A DNA stretch of 64,000 nt from Pirellulales bacterium (GCA_022448265.1 JAKVCC010000007.1:94791-158790), one strand, 5' to 3'. Shown: positions 49,990-59,859, numbered from the stretch's first letter. A program made the numbers and translations. The notes: a model not told the origin generated them from the sequence alone.

Positions 49990-51912
49990 TTAGGGCTCTA
50001 TTTTGGCTTTCCGCCTTGTGCGTTGGGCTTCCAGACACGTTGCGGCAATCCCAGGCACGTCGAGGCCTAAATCGGCCAACAGCTCGTCGCGCTCGCCATG
50101 TTCGACAAAAACATCGGGTATTCCAAGTCGGCGAATGTGGCTCGTGTCGAGCCCCGCCTCCGACGCAGCCTCAAGCACCGCGCTGCCAAAACCACCCGCC
50201 AAAGCAGCTTCTTCGACGGTGACCACGAAGCCACATTCTCGCACTGCGCGAAGGATGATTTCCGTGTCTAGCGGCTTGAGAAAGCGGGCGTTGATCACGC
50301 CCACATCGAGCCCGTCGACACCGAGTTGCGCAGCTGCCTCAACGCACCGTGGCAGCAAAGCACCGCAAGCGATCAAGCATCCATCGGTACCCCAACGGAG
50401 TACTTCGCTACGGCCGAGCTCCACTGGGCTAAAATCCTGCGACATCGCGGCGCGGTCAAGATCCTCCGCTACCGCTTTGGGATATCGGCAAGCACAAGGA
50501 CCGTTATGCTTGAGCGCGAATTCAAGCATAGCAGGCAGGTCTTTAGCGTCACCTGGCGCCATAACAACTAGATTGGGCAGCACACGCAGATACCCAAAAT
50601 CGAAAACACCATGGTGCGTCGGACCGTCGGGGCCCGCCAAACCAGCCCGGTCAAGCATGAAAGTAACCGGTAGATTCTGCAATGCGACCTCTTGAAAAAT
50701 ATGATCGTAGGCCCGCTGCAGAAACGTGCTATAAATATCCACGATCGGCCGCAGGCCAACCTTCGCCTGCCCGGCGGCAAATGCCACCGTGTGCGCCTCG
50801 CAGATGCCGGTATCAAAGAAGCGGTCAGGGTACTCGTCGCGCGTTTTTTCCAGTTTGTTGCCCTGGCACATCGCCGCGGTCATCACAGTGACGCGTGTAT
50901 TGCCGCGCATCTGCGCGAGAACCGCCTCCGACGCAACGTGGGTCAGAGATCGTGCAGAACTCTTCTTCATGGCCACGATCTTGTCTTCACAGCGTTGGAA
51001 TTGAGGCGGCGCGTGAAACAGCACAGGGTCCTCCGCCGCGGGCCGGAAACCATGCCCTTTTTCGGTGACGACATGCAGCAACACGGGACCCTTGATGCGG
51101 CGGACCAACTTCAGGTATTTGCGGAGCAGCCCAATATTGTGCCCATCGATGGGACCCAGGTAGCGCAGGCCCATGTCCTCAAAGATCATGCCGCCGCTGA
51201 GCCCCGCCTTGGCCGCCTCTTTGAGTTGGACGAGAAAACGCTCCGTAGGATCGCCAAACAAGGGGACCTTGCTCAAGATCTTGCCGATTTCTTCCTTGAA
51301 GCCGGTATACATAGGATTGATCCGCAAGCGGTCGAGGTAGTCGGCCACTCCGCCCACCGGTGGACAAATCGACATCTGATTGTCGTTCAATATTACGAGC
51401 AGTTTTCCGCTCTGCCGACGGGCATTGTTAAGTGCCTCGAACACGATGCCCGAAGGAAACGCGCCATCCCCGATGACTGCGACCGACCGGCGCCCCTGTT
51501 CGGCTCGCAATACATCATCGCCACTGGCAAGTCCCAGCGCGGTCGAGACACTTGCCCCCGCATGCCCAGTCATGAACAGATCGTAATCGCTCTCGGCGGG
51601 GTTTGGGTAACCCATCAGGCCACCCTTGGTGCGCATCGAATCGAACTGCGGAAATCGACCGGTCAAAAGCTTGTGTGGGTAGATTTGGTGGCCCGTATCC
51701 CAAATCAGGCGATCCTGGAGAAAATCGAAACTGGCGTGCAGGGCGATACACAGTTCGACCACGCCTAAATTGGAAGCGAAGTGCGCACTTCGGCAGGCAA
51801 TGAGGTTGCAGAGCACCTCGCGCACGTCACCGGCCAATTGCTCCAGCTTGGGCAACGACAGTTGCCGTAAATCCTCAGGGCCGGTAATGCTCGGAAGGAT
51901 TTGAAGGTTCAA
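49990..51912 (-). CDS. dxs: 1-deoxy-D-xylulose-5-phosphate synthase
   Basis: HFASNLGVVEL, WDTGHQIYPHK, GHAGASVS, VIGDGA, LNDN, GPIDGH, DTGICEAH, YSTFLQRAYD and DGPTHHG. TTG start at 51912 chosen to avoid overlap with ispA. Confidence 0.97.
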   Translation of the reverse strand: MNLQILPSITGPEDLRQLSLPKLEQLAGDVREVLCNLIACRSAHFASNLGVVELCIALHASFDFLQDRLIWDTGHQIYPHKLLTGRFPQFDSMRTKGGLMGYPNPAESDYDLFMTGHAGASVSTALGLASGDDVLRAEQGRRSVAVIGDGAFPSGIVFEALNNARRQSGKLLVILNDNQMSICPPVGGVADYLDRLRINPMYTGFKEEIGKILSKVPLFGDPTERFLVQLKEAAKAGLSGGMIFEDMGLRYLGPIDGHNIGLLRKYLKLVRRIKGPVLLHVVTEKGHGFRPAAEDPVLFHAPPQFQRCEDKIVAMKKSSARSLTHVASEAVLAQMRGNTRVTVMTAAMCQGNKLEKTRDEYPDRFFDTGICEAHTVAFAAGQAKVGLRPIVDIYSTFLQRAYDHIFQEVALQNLPVTFMLDRAGLAGPDGPTHHGVFDFGYLRVLPNLVVMAPGDAKDLPAMLEFALKHNGPCACRYPKAVAEDLDRAAMSQDFSPVELGRSEVLRWGTDGCLIACGALLPRCVEAAAQLGVDGLDVGVINARFLKPLDTEIILRAVRECGFVVTVEEAALAGGFGSAVLEAASEAGLDTSHIRRLGIPDVFVEHGERDELLADLGLDVPGIAATCLEAQRTRRKAKIEP

Positions 51913-51977
51913 TTGCTTCTCCGGATGACGCCAACTTAGGTCTTGGGCGAGCCGCCCGTTGGTACTCTTGCCAATGA

Positions 51978-52880
51978 TCAGTTGGTTCTCTTGCCAATGA
52001 ATAGTGCAACTTCCCGAAGGGCTCCCGCAGCCTCGCCAAAACTTTCTAAGGCTTGGCAGGCAGCTGCTACCAGCAATTCCAATCGGGCCTGGCAATCTGC
52101 GACGCCAAGGACAGCCGGATAGGTCGTTTTGCCACGACCACTATCTTTGCCCAGCCGCTTGCCAACCTCGCCTTCCGAGCCCAACACGTCAAGCAAGTCA
52201 TCGCCCAACTGGAATGCCAGTCCCAGGTGTTGGCCGTAGGTATCAAGCGCCTGCAGTTGCCCATCGGTGGCCTGGGCGAGTAAACCACCCATGCGGACGG
52301 CCACACGAAACAAGGCCCCCGTTTTGCGCCGATGTATCGATTCTAGTCGGTCGAGCGCCCCCCCACCCGATCCATTCTCAACATACTGGGCCGCCAAATC
52401 GTCGGCCTGACCACCTACCAGTGCGGTCGCACCCGCCGCGTTGGCAAGTTCAGCACAGCAACGGGCCGCGCGCTGGGCCGGCTTGATCTCCGTCGCCAGC
52501 ACCTCGAAAGCGCGGGCCAGCAAGGCATCTCCAACCAGGATAGCCGTGGCTTCGTCGAACTGGTTGTGGCACGTGGGCCGGCCACGCCGCAAATCGTCGT
52601 CGTCCATAGCGGGCAAATCGTCGTGGACCAACGAGTAGGCATGAATCATTTCCACAGCAACGGCCGCCGGCAGCGCATCACCGGCTTCACCGCCACAGGC
52701 TTGCGCCGCCATCAGCACCAATTGGGGCCGCAATCGTTTACCCGGAGCCAGTAGGCTATACTCTACCGCTTCTCGCAATCGCGATGGGCAACCTGCGTCA
52801 AATTCGACAGATCGCCGCAATGCCGCGTCGATCAACTCACGCAGTTCGCTACAGACATTAGACTGGGAAATTACGTTCAC
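51978..52880 (-). CDS. ispA: Farnesyl/geranylgeranyl diphosphate synthase
   Basis: GKRLRP, HAYSLVHDDLPAMDDDDLRRGRPTCH, GGQADD, KTGALF and FQLGDDLLD. Confidence 0.95.
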   Translation of the reverse strand: MNVISQSNVCSELRELIDAALRRSVEFDAGCPSRLREAVEYSLLAPGKRLRPQLVLMAAQACGGEAGDALPAAVAVEMIHAYSLVHDDLPAMDDDDLRRGRPTCHNQFDEATAILVGDALLARAFEVLATEIKPAQRAARCCAELANAAGATALVGGQADDLAAQYVENGSGGGALDRLESIHRRKTGALFRVAVRMGGLLAQATDGQLQALDTYGQHLGLAFQLGDDLLDVLGSEGEVGKRLGKDSGRGKTTYPAVLGVADCQARLELLVAAACQALESFGEAAGALREVALFIGKRTN

Positions 52881-52938
52881 GTCAGTGTAATTAAAACAAG
52901 GATAGTTGCCTGCTGAATTTCACCCTACGTACTCCCTC

Positions 52939-53310
52939 TTAAAACAGGGAGGAGCTGTCGTCCACTTTCGGGCTGGACTTAGGCCGACCGGATTGACTTT
53001 TTTCTGGCGCAGTGCGGCGGCGACTGCGAGCCGCCCCTTTTTGCTCCAAAGATTCGCTGTCGGTTTGATCAAATGGTACAGATTGTGGATTGCCGCTTGC
53101 ATCGACGCTGCGCACCAATTCGATGCGCTGCTCAGCAGCTGTCAGCAAGCTGTAGCAAGACTTCAGATGCTTGACACCTAATTCGTATTGCTCCAGCGAC
53201 TCGTCCAATCCGAGCTTGCCCCCTTCGAGCCGGGCCACGATCGTCTCAAGTGTTTTAAGCGACTCTTCAAAGGAAGGCTCCTTGGCCTTGGATGATTTCT
53301 TTTTGGCCAC
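52939..53310 (-). CDS. xseB: Exodeoxyribonuclease VII small subunit
   Basis: SFEESLKTLETIVARLEGGKLGLDESLEQYELGV...AEQRIE, with a low-complexity tail. Confidence 0.95.
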   Translation of the reverse strand: MAKKKSSKAKEPSFEESLKTLETIVARLEGGKLGLDESLEQYELGVKHLKSCYSLLTAAEQRIELVRSVDASGNPQSVPFDQTDSESLEQKGAARSRRRTAPEKSQSGRPKSSPKVDDSSSLF

Positions 53311-53366
53311 CCTGGTGGTTCTCCTATGGTTAGGTGCGGCGCATGGCGCCGTCTCGCCAAACGAAG

Positions 53367-54602
53367 CTAAGGATTTCGATCTTTTTTCACCTCATCGATC
53401 GTACTCACGGTAGTACCTTGCGCAAAACGCGTCACAATTTTCTGCCCTCGGCGTAGGCGCTGGGCAGCAGTTATCAATCGCCCACTGCTAAAGTCTTGTG
53501 TTAGACTATAACCTCTCCCCAACACCGCCAAGGGGCTGAGCGTCTCAAGTTTGCCACCAAGCGTCGACAGACTGCTATGCTGATCGCGGAGCGCAAGCTG
53601 CACCCCCCCTCGTAACCGAGCCGCGTGCTCATCCAGTTGCCGGCTTCGCTGGTGAATCGCGTCGAGCGGCCTGGACAGCACGGGCCGGCTGGCAATCGCA
53701 TCCAGACGACTGGCCAGCGCAGTGGTTCGGGTTGAGAGTGCAGTGTGCAGTCGAATCCGCAAACCGCCTACCAGTTCCGTCACATCGTGCGCTGAGGGGA
53801 TGACCCGCTCGGCGGCTTCGCTGGGGGTCAAGGCCCGCACATCGGCAACCAGATCGGCTAGTGTGACATCGATCTCATGTCCCACGGCCGACACGGTCGG
53901 CAAGCGCGAAGCAGCAATGGCTCGCACCACTTTCTCTTCATTGAAAGCCCACAGATCCTCCAAACTGCCACCGCCCCTGCAAAGAACCAGCACATCTAGG
54001 GACGGCGCCAATCGATTGGCTTGCTGAACCGCCTCTACAATTTCCGTAGACGCACGGTCACCTTGCACGCGAGCCGGAAAGACGAGCACACTGGCTCCTT
54101 GCCAGCGCCGCCGCATCACCTCCAAAAAGTCGCGAATGGCAGCGCCCGTCGGACTGGTGACCACGCCGATCCGACGAGGAAACGGGGGCAGGGCTTGCTT
54201 GCGTGCCGCGGCAAAAATCCCTTCTTTGCTGAGTTTTTCGCGCAGCTTGCGGAAAGCCTGTTCCAGTGCCCCAATCCCCTGGGGCTGTAACTGATCGACG
54301 ACCAATTGGTAGCTGCCCCGGGGTGGATAGACGTCCAAGCGACCCTGACATATGACTTCCAACCCATCGTGTAAATCCAATTGGATGCGCGCCGCCGATG
54401 CCCGCCATATTACAGCTCGCAACTGGGCTGCATCGTCCTTGAGCGTGAAATAGCAATGCCCCGATTGGGGACGCGAAAAATTGGAAATTTCACCCGCAAC
54501 CCAAACCGAGGGAAACTCCTGCTCCACAACGGCCTTGAGTTGAGCTGTAATTTGACTAACAGAGTGGACCTGCTCGCCCGTTTGTGTCAATGAGGCTGGC
54601 AT
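53367..54602 (-). CDS. xseA: Exodeoxyribonuclease VII large subunit
   Basis: VWVAGEISNF, SGHCYFTLKD, IGVVTSPTGAAIRD, RGGGSLEDLWAFNEE, SAVGHEIDVTL and SPLAVLGRGY. Confidence 0.97.
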   Translation of the reverse strand: MPASLTQTGEQVHSVSQITAQLKAVVEQEFPSVWVAGEISNFSRPQSGHCYFTLKDDAAQLRAVIWRASAARIQLDLHDGLEVICQGRLDVYPPRGSYQLVVDQLQPQGIGALEQAFRKLREKLSKEGIFAAARKQALPPFPRRIGVVTSPTGAAIRDFLEVMRRRWQGASVLVFPARVQGDRASTEIVEAVQQANRLAPSLDVLVLCRGGGSLEDLWAFNEEKVVRAIAASRLPTVSAVGHEIDVTLADLVADVRALTPSEAAERVIPSAHDVTELVGGLRIRLHTALSTRTTALASRLDAIASRPVLSRPLDAIHQRSRQLDEHAARLRGGVQLALRDQHSSLSTLGGKLETLSPLAVLGRGYSLTQDFSSGRLITAAQRLRRGQKIVTRFAQGTTVSTIDEVKKDRNP

Positions 54603-55016
54603 ACGTTGTTCCTTGCAGCCTGCCGGCCCCATCGGGAGCAGTGGGTCATTTTACCGGCAGTCACGCTCAATCTCGAATGAACAATGACCGAGTAACCAAC
54701 AACCCAATGACCGACGAGACGAGTTGGCCAAAGTTTTCGCGGATCCTTAGGGACTTGGCCATGGGCCCTACCTTAATTGTGGTGGCACGGCCGGCCCACA
54801 ACGGGTTGCTCGATGTCCTATCTGACGGCGCCGTTACCTATTGTAGGGGCGCTGGCACCTACTTTGAAGTCCCATTGCTCGTCCGCTCCTAGAACCGCAG
54901 CGTCTCCACCGACATTAATCCCGATTCTCTAGGTGGCCGCGTGATCCGCCATGAGCCCAGGCATCTACGAGGATTTTGGTTGCTACACGGGCGTTCCTGC
55001 TGCCTACCCTTCTCAC

Positions 55017-55091
55017 TCAATTTAGCCAAGAGGGAGTGAGCAGACCGAGTGCGACGACGAATACCAGCAGCGATCGTGAACAATGCGACAT
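55017..55091 (-). pseudogene. 24-aa hydrophobic ORF: small membrane peptide or truncated signal peptide of a decayed gene
   Basis: GGAGG RBS 7 nt before the ATG; MSHCSRSLLVFVVALGLLTPSWLN then stop; downstream frames are broken by stops. Confidence 0.35.
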
Positions 55092-55246
55092 GGGTAAGCC
55101 TCCAAACACTCGACACGGCATCGACCGGGCCAACCGGATCCGTGCCGCAAATAGACCGCAAACACGTTATCCTACGCTATTTTGGCCACTACCATATCGA
55201 GTCGCAATGGGATGGCGACCGTGACGAACACGCTCATGCGGCGCGT

Positions 55247-56275
55247 TCAGACGACCGCATAGTCAGAGATCTGAACCTCTTTGCCGACATCAGCGTAATC
55301 GCCGTCAGCGCGGCGGCGTCGGAAATCGCCCCAATTGATGGCGCGGTAGCGCTTGCGGTCTGTGCCAAACTCGAGCGGCGCAACCTGAGCCTTATAGGAG
55401 GGGTTGTAAAAAAAGGGGATGGAGTAGCGTTCAAACTCTTCCATGGCGACGACGCGATGCAGAGCCGCCCGGTATTCATCGTTAGACCAAACCTGCACCA
55501 TGTCGCCTATATTGATGACGAACGCGCCCTCGATCGGCTGGGCCACGTGCCATGCACTGTCCTTGAATACCTGTAGCCCGCTGACATCGTCTTGCAGCAG
55601 AACGGTCACCGCGCCAGCATCGGAATGATGGTGAATGCCGAGATCGGCGTCACCATGATCTGCATCCGCCAGATCGGAGAGCGGGTCGTCGACGGGATAG
55701 TAGTTGATGCGCATGAAGCTGGTATGTTTTGGCTGAAAACTTTCCGCCAGATGGGCTTTTGGCAGATCGAGGCTGAGGCAGATGGCTTCCAGCATCGTTC
55801 GTGATAGCGCTTCACAGATGCAGAAATGTTCACGCATCACCTTGCTGAACTCTGGCTCCGATGCGGGCCAGGGTGTCGCGCCGGAAAATGGGTCGTCAGA
55901 CACTATGGCCGCATCCGTGCCTGGACCGATATCGAAAATTTCCTTCTTGTCCCTTTGGTTCTTGGTAAGCTCTCGGTCGAAAAAACCCCAAGGATTGTCC
56001 CTCGATCGGTTAAGTTTCCGCTTCTCGGGACGCGGCATTTTAAAGAATGCAGTTACGGCCTCCCAGACCCGATCGATGTGAGCTTTTTTCACCCCATGAT
56101 TGACGATCTGAAAGAAGCCCCAATCTCGGCAGGCATCGCCGATCTCACCGGCCACCCGCGCGACGGTTGCCGGATCGCGCATCCCCGTGAGACCGCCAAG
56201 ATCGATGACGGGAACGTGCTGACGGACATCGTCGCCCACGGCCAGTGGTGCGAGATCTGGATTTTCGAAAGTCAT
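55247..56275 (-). CDS. 2-oxoglutarate/Fe(II)-dependent dioxygenase, isopenicillin N synthase-like
   Basis: VPVIDL, ACRDWGFFQIVNHGV, MRINYYP, HHSDAG (HxD), ALHRV (distal His) and RYSIPFF (RxS). Confidence 0.93.
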   Translation of the reverse strand: MTFENPDLAPLAVGDDVRQHVPVIDLGGLTGMRDPATVARVAGEIGDACRDWGFFQIVNHGVKKAHIDRVWEAVTAFFKMPRPEKRKLNRSRDNPWGFFDRELTKNQRDKKEIFDIGPGTDAAIVSDDPFSGATPWPASEPEFSKVMREHFCICEALSRTMLEAICLSLDLPKAHLAESFQPKHTSFMRINYYPVDDPLSDLADADHGDADLGIHHHSDAGAVTVLLQDDVSGLQVFKDSAWHVAQPIEGAFVINIGDMVQVWSNDEYRAALHRVVAMEEFERYSIPFFYNPSYKAQVAPLEFGTDRKRYRAINWGDFRRRRADGDYADVGKEVQISDYAVV

Positions 56276-56322
56276 GTTGTGCCTCAAAAGTGAAACCGCC
56301 GTTGCTCTAAAACAAACCGCTA

Positions 56323-56357
56323 GTTACGGGCTATCCGCGCCGCGAATAGCCGGTAAC
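56323..56357 (-). terminator. Hairpin, possible terminator of the DUF1559 operon
   Basis: Imperfect stem GTTAC..GCTAT...ATAGC..GTAAC followed on the minus strand by GGTTTGTTTT. Confidence 0.35.
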
Positions 56358-56668
56358 CACTTTATCCTACGGGTCACGGCCATGGCTGCCGTTCAGTAAT
56401 CCTGCACCCCGTGTTCGGCACGTTTGCACAGAAGTGCTCGCTGGACTGGGGGGACCGATTTGCTCATGATTGCCTGATTGGTATTCCTTGTTAAATTTTT
56501 TTGCAATCTCGAACAGTTTATTTAGGGGAATTCTATATACAAGGATTCGCAAGATGATTTGGACGCCGACCGGGTTTCGTAAAGCGTTTGTGCTTGCTTT
56601 CCTTCACATCGGTACAAGACGAATATTCTGTTCACCATGTAGCTTCATTCTTCCAAACGACTCCGCGT

Positions 56669-57301
56669 TTACTTGGAAAGATTGAAAATCGCCGCCTCGC
56701 CGATTCTTCCCATATCCAGAGCGACATTCAATCCAAGTACAGATTCCGTGTTGTATCGGGAGGCAAGTTTCGTTGATGCGTGTGTAATTTCCGCTCGATA
56801 AACCCCGCAGTAAATGCCGAAGTTCAGGCGATCTTGTTCTGCCCATGCAGGGTCGTCGACCATCATGTTGCAGCGCCCCTGCTCATCGGTACGCCCACTG
56901 GCTGGCATAATCGAATCGCCCTGAAAGTCTGCAGGTTGAAAACGAACCTCGGCATTAGGCAGAGGGTGCCCTTGATAGTTGACGGTGCAACGGAATGGCG
57001 TGTTATCCCGTGGCATTTGCTGCATTACGCGTATTCGTTGGACAATCTCGTCAGCCGAAACAGACCCGCTGCCGTCTTTGTCGTAGTGCTCCACCGCAGC
57101 GGCAATGCCAGGGCAGGCCTTTAGTTCTTCCATCGAGAGTTGCCCGTTCGCGTCCTGGTCGTATGTGGCAACCGCCTTATCCGCCGCGGCACTGGGATCG
57201 AGTGACGTTAGACCACCTGGCGACGTACCGCAACCGCCTGCAGGGAGGATGAGGCAAAGCAAGAGCAGGCCGCTTGCATCGTTGACGTAAGATTTCACCA
57301 T
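56669..57301 (-). CDS. Lipoprotein with twin EF-hand motifs and a carboxypeptidase-regulatory-like domain (DUF1559 partner)
   Basis: Lipobox AGGC; DQDANGQLSMEEL and DKDGSGSVSADEI; VNYQGHPLPNAEVRF, SGRTDEQG and RYNTES. Confidence 0.8.
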   Translation of the reverse strand: MVKSYVNDASGLLLLCLILPAGGCGTSPGGLTSLDPSAAADKAVATYDQDANGQLSMEELKACPGIAAAVEHYDKDGSGSVSADEIVQRIRVMQQMPRDNTPFRCTVNYQGHPLPNAEVRFQPADFQGDSIMPASGRTDEQGRCNMMVDDPAWAEQDRLNFGIYCGVYRAEITHASTKLASRYNTESVLGLNVALDMGRIGEAAIFNLSK

Positions 57302-57310
57302 GCCGCCATT

Positions 57311-58288
57311 CTACTCGACAACCAGGCCATCGTGGCGGTTGCCCTGGTTAGCGTGAATTTCAGGATCGATGTCGAACCCGATGAATGCAACCGAACCATC
57401 ACAGAAGGACATATTGAATCCGCTCGTGTGAGGGCTGCCGAACTTCCAGTAGTCCGTACTTGTATTGACGCGCTGGGTGTCCGGCGAAAGCTTGTAATAA
57501 CGGCGCGTCATACGAATTGTGTCGATGTTATTACCGGTGAATCCAGGCTCGTTGTCACCGTAGTCCAATCCAGTGTCGTAGTCTTCATGCCACATCCACT
57601 TTTCGCCGACCATATAGGTCTTTGATGTGCCGTCGGTAATTCTTTTGAAGCTTATTTCTGATCGTTCAAAACAAATGCCGTTCATGTTTCTGCGATATAC
57701 ACGCGTATCCGATGCCCAACTAAAATTTTCCGCATCGGCTTCGCTAGAAGGGCCACCTGATGTTTCGGTGATCGATGCGTCGCCTCCATTGCAGGCGTAG
57801 TCGGTTTTACTGGACAATTCCAAGGAAGCGCAGTCGTAGTAGCTGGAGCCGGAACTTAGCATCCTATAAATATTGGTCGACCGGCGCGAGGGACAGACCA
57901 TGCCGTCAAACGGCGATTGGACACGCAGTTTCGCTGCGTCCCTACGCGCAACTCCGGTCGCCCCATTGCCAATTCCGTGTAGTTGTGCCTGTTCCATGTA
58001 GGGCAAAGTGCTGTAGAGCCAGCCGCCCGATTGGTTTTTCCCTACCCCCTGGCCAGGAAACCCAACCCACCACCATCCCCAACCGCCAGAGGGAAGGATC
58101 TTGTGGGCATCATGATGATGGTGAAAGGAAATCGCCAGCTGGCGAAGTTGATTAGCACATTTAAGGCGTCGCGCAGACTCTCTGGCGGCCTGCACGGCCG
58201 GTAATAACAACGCCACCAAAACTCCAATGATGGCAATCACGACCAGTAGTTCAACGAGCGTAAATCCTCTTGGTCTGTTTCGAAACAT
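57311..58288 (-). CDS. DUF1559 prepilin-type (N-methyl/H-X9-DG) protein
   Basis: [46 protein letters not shown] and [18 protein letters not shown]. Confidence 0.95.
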   Translation of the reverse strand: MFRNRPRGFTLVELLVVIAIIGVLVALLLPAVQAARESARRLKCANQLRQLAISFHHHHDAHKILPSGGWGWWWVGFPGQGVGKNQSGGWLYSTLPYMEQAQLHGIGNGATGVARRDAAKLRVQSPFDGMVCPSRRSTNIYRMLSSGSSYYDCASLELSSKTDYACNGGDASITETSGGPSSEADAENFSWASDTRVYRRNMNGICFERSEISFKRITDGTSKTYMVGEKWMWHEDYDTGLDYGDNEPGFTGNNIDTIRMTRRYYKLSPDTQRVNTSTDYWKFGSPHTSGFNMSFCDGSVAFIGFDIDPEIHANQGNRHDGLVVE

Positions 58289-58362
58289 TGTTTTCCTGCC
58301 TGCCATCGAACAAATAGGGATTTAATTCCCCATAGCCAATAACAGAAGTTTTCCCTTTTGGA

Positions 58363-58406
58363 ATTACTGAAACCGCTCCATGCTATTACTGAAACCGCTC
58401 CATGCT
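58363..58406. repeat. Perfect tandem duplication, 2 x 22 bp (ATTACTGAAACCGCTCCATGCT)
   Basis: Copies at 58363-58384 and 58385-58406, upstream of the DUF1559 gene. Confidence 0.95.
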
Positions 58407-58422
58407 GAAGATAACGATATCC

Positions 58423-58444
58423 ATTGTAACGCGTCCCCCCCCCC
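58423..58444 (-). promoter_or_regulatory. Putative promoter: G10 tract followed by TACAAT -10 box
   Basis: Minus strand reads GGGGGGGGGG-ACGCGT-TACAAT (C10 at 58435-58444, ATTGTA at 58423-58428 on plus); no canonical -35. Confidence 0.5.
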
Positions 58445-58769
58445 ATACATGTAGCCCGGAATATTTTCAGTATTTACTCTGACCTTGCCCAGCGCGGATG
58501 ATCTCTTGGTTCAGAAACAGGCCCTTCAGCCTTGGCGACCACACGGCGTAAACGCTGGCAAGAGCCGGTCTGCGAAAGGGGTCATGCGCTCTATGGCATT
58601 CCGAGCGCGGCGTGGACCAGGCGTAGCCCCAGCGAGCAAGCGGCACAGGTACCCGTTGCCGACAGAGCCCATGGCCCACAGAAATTGAGCATCCCAAATA
58701 CAGCCGCTTGCAAACGCAATGCAACCTGCGCTAAGCGCTTTTGCGGCTAGCTTAAGCGTCATCGCCCAG

Positions 58770-59525
58770 TCAAAAATCCTGGTCGGCCTCGACCGATACC
58801 GACGGCGATTCCCACCGCGGAAGCATGGGCGAAGATTGTCGCTCGCATGTCTCTCCGAGGCGATGCGCTCCACTCCGCGCCCAATCTTCTGCTTCGATTG
58901 TCAGATCAGTGATCAATCGCTCGAGCCCTTGGCGGCGAATTTCCAGATCGTCGCGACTTGCGCCCGCAGGAACGTGGATCTCAGGCCCCATGACGCACCG
59001 CGCGCGGCAGGCCGGAAACGGCAGCGCAAATTTATCCCAACTATTCAATCGCCACGGGCGGTCGTAGCCAAATCCCAACGGCACGATAGGGGCACCCAAC
59101 TTGGCGGCGAGAAAAAGCGGACCGGCGGACAACTGCCGTCGGGGCCCCCGAGGCCCGTCCGGGGTAATCGCCAAATGCATGTGCTCGCCACGGCGCGCCA
59201 TCTCCAATAGGGCCGCTGCACCACCCCGGTTGGTGGAACCGCGAACGCAAACAAATCCCATATGATGCCCCACCCGCGCCAAGATGTCGGCATCTTTGTG
59301 CTGACTAATGAGCATTGCTAAATTGCAGTGAGGCCGCATATAGAGAGGGAAAAAGATGTACTCGTGCCAAAATAAATAAATTCGTGGCCGCTCGCTCCCA
59401 AAGCGCGGATCAACCCGCTGGTCATAAGCCAGCACGCGGTACTCGAGCGTACGCATCCAGGCCGCGATGCCTTTAGCGGCCGTTAGACCCGCCAGACGGG
59501 TTATCCAGGATGCGGTTCGGCCCAT
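58770..59525 (-). CDS. DUF374 / lysophospholipid acyltransferase-family protein
   Basis: IYLFWHEY, MLISQHKDADIL, VRGSTNRGG, ITPDGPRGPR and WDKFALP. Confidence 0.9.
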   Translation of the reverse strand: MGRTASWITRLAGLTAAKGIAAWMRTLEYRVLAYDQRVDPRFGSERPRIYLFWHEYIFFPLYMRPHCNLAMLISQHKDADILARVGHHMGFVCVRGSTNRGGAAALLEMARRGEHMHLAITPDGPRGPRRQLSAGPLFLAAKLGAPIVPLGFGYDRPWRLNSWDKFALPFPACRARCVMGPEIHVPAGASRDDLEIRRQGLERLITDLTIEAEDWARSGAHRLGETCERQSSPMLPRWESPSVSVEADQDF

Positions 59526-59526
59526 G

Positions 59527-59859
59527 CTAACCAGTCAGATCCAGAGAATTACCGCAATTGCCGGTAGGATTTTTTGCTTGGCGCGGAGGACGGGACAAGG
59601 CAGCGTCCGGCGACGCGCCCTGCTCTTGCTGGGCATCCGGTTCCCACAGTCGCCAGCCGTTGGCATCGCGGTCAGAAGCGCCCTCGTCGTGTTGCGTTTC
59701 GCCAATGCCAGCCGCTTTTTTCGCCTTGGCTTCTCCCTCAAGCTGACGCTGCGCGGCACTGGCCTCCTTTTGAGCACGCTCGGTTTCGCTACCAGCGGAT
59801 TGCGACAACGGTGCGCCTGCAGCGCTGCCGGCAAGTCCGCTCATCGGTCCTATACTCAT
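59527..59859 (-). CDS. Small low-complexity hypothetical protein
   Basis: AAGGAG RBS; Ala/Ser/Gln-rich with DRDANGWRLWE and C-terminal GNSLDLTG; stop 1 nt before the DUF374 start. Confidence 0.7.
   Translation of the reverse strand: MSIGPMSGLAGSAAGAPLSQSAGSETERAQKEASAAQRQLEGEAKAKKAAGIGETQHDEGASDRDANGWRLWEPDAQQEQGASPDAALSRPPRQAKNPTGNCGNSLDLTG

Noticed and set aside
50692-51768. Long plus-strand ORF of 358 aa, and similar ORFs such as 43140-43919, 48289-48984 and 60392-61111
   Set aside because: These are antisense shadows of well-supported genes in GC-rich DNA, with no recognisable motifs.
51913-52095. N-terminal extension of Dxs given by the ORF track
   Set aside because: It overlaps ispA by more than 100 nt; Dxs similarity begins near TTG 51912.
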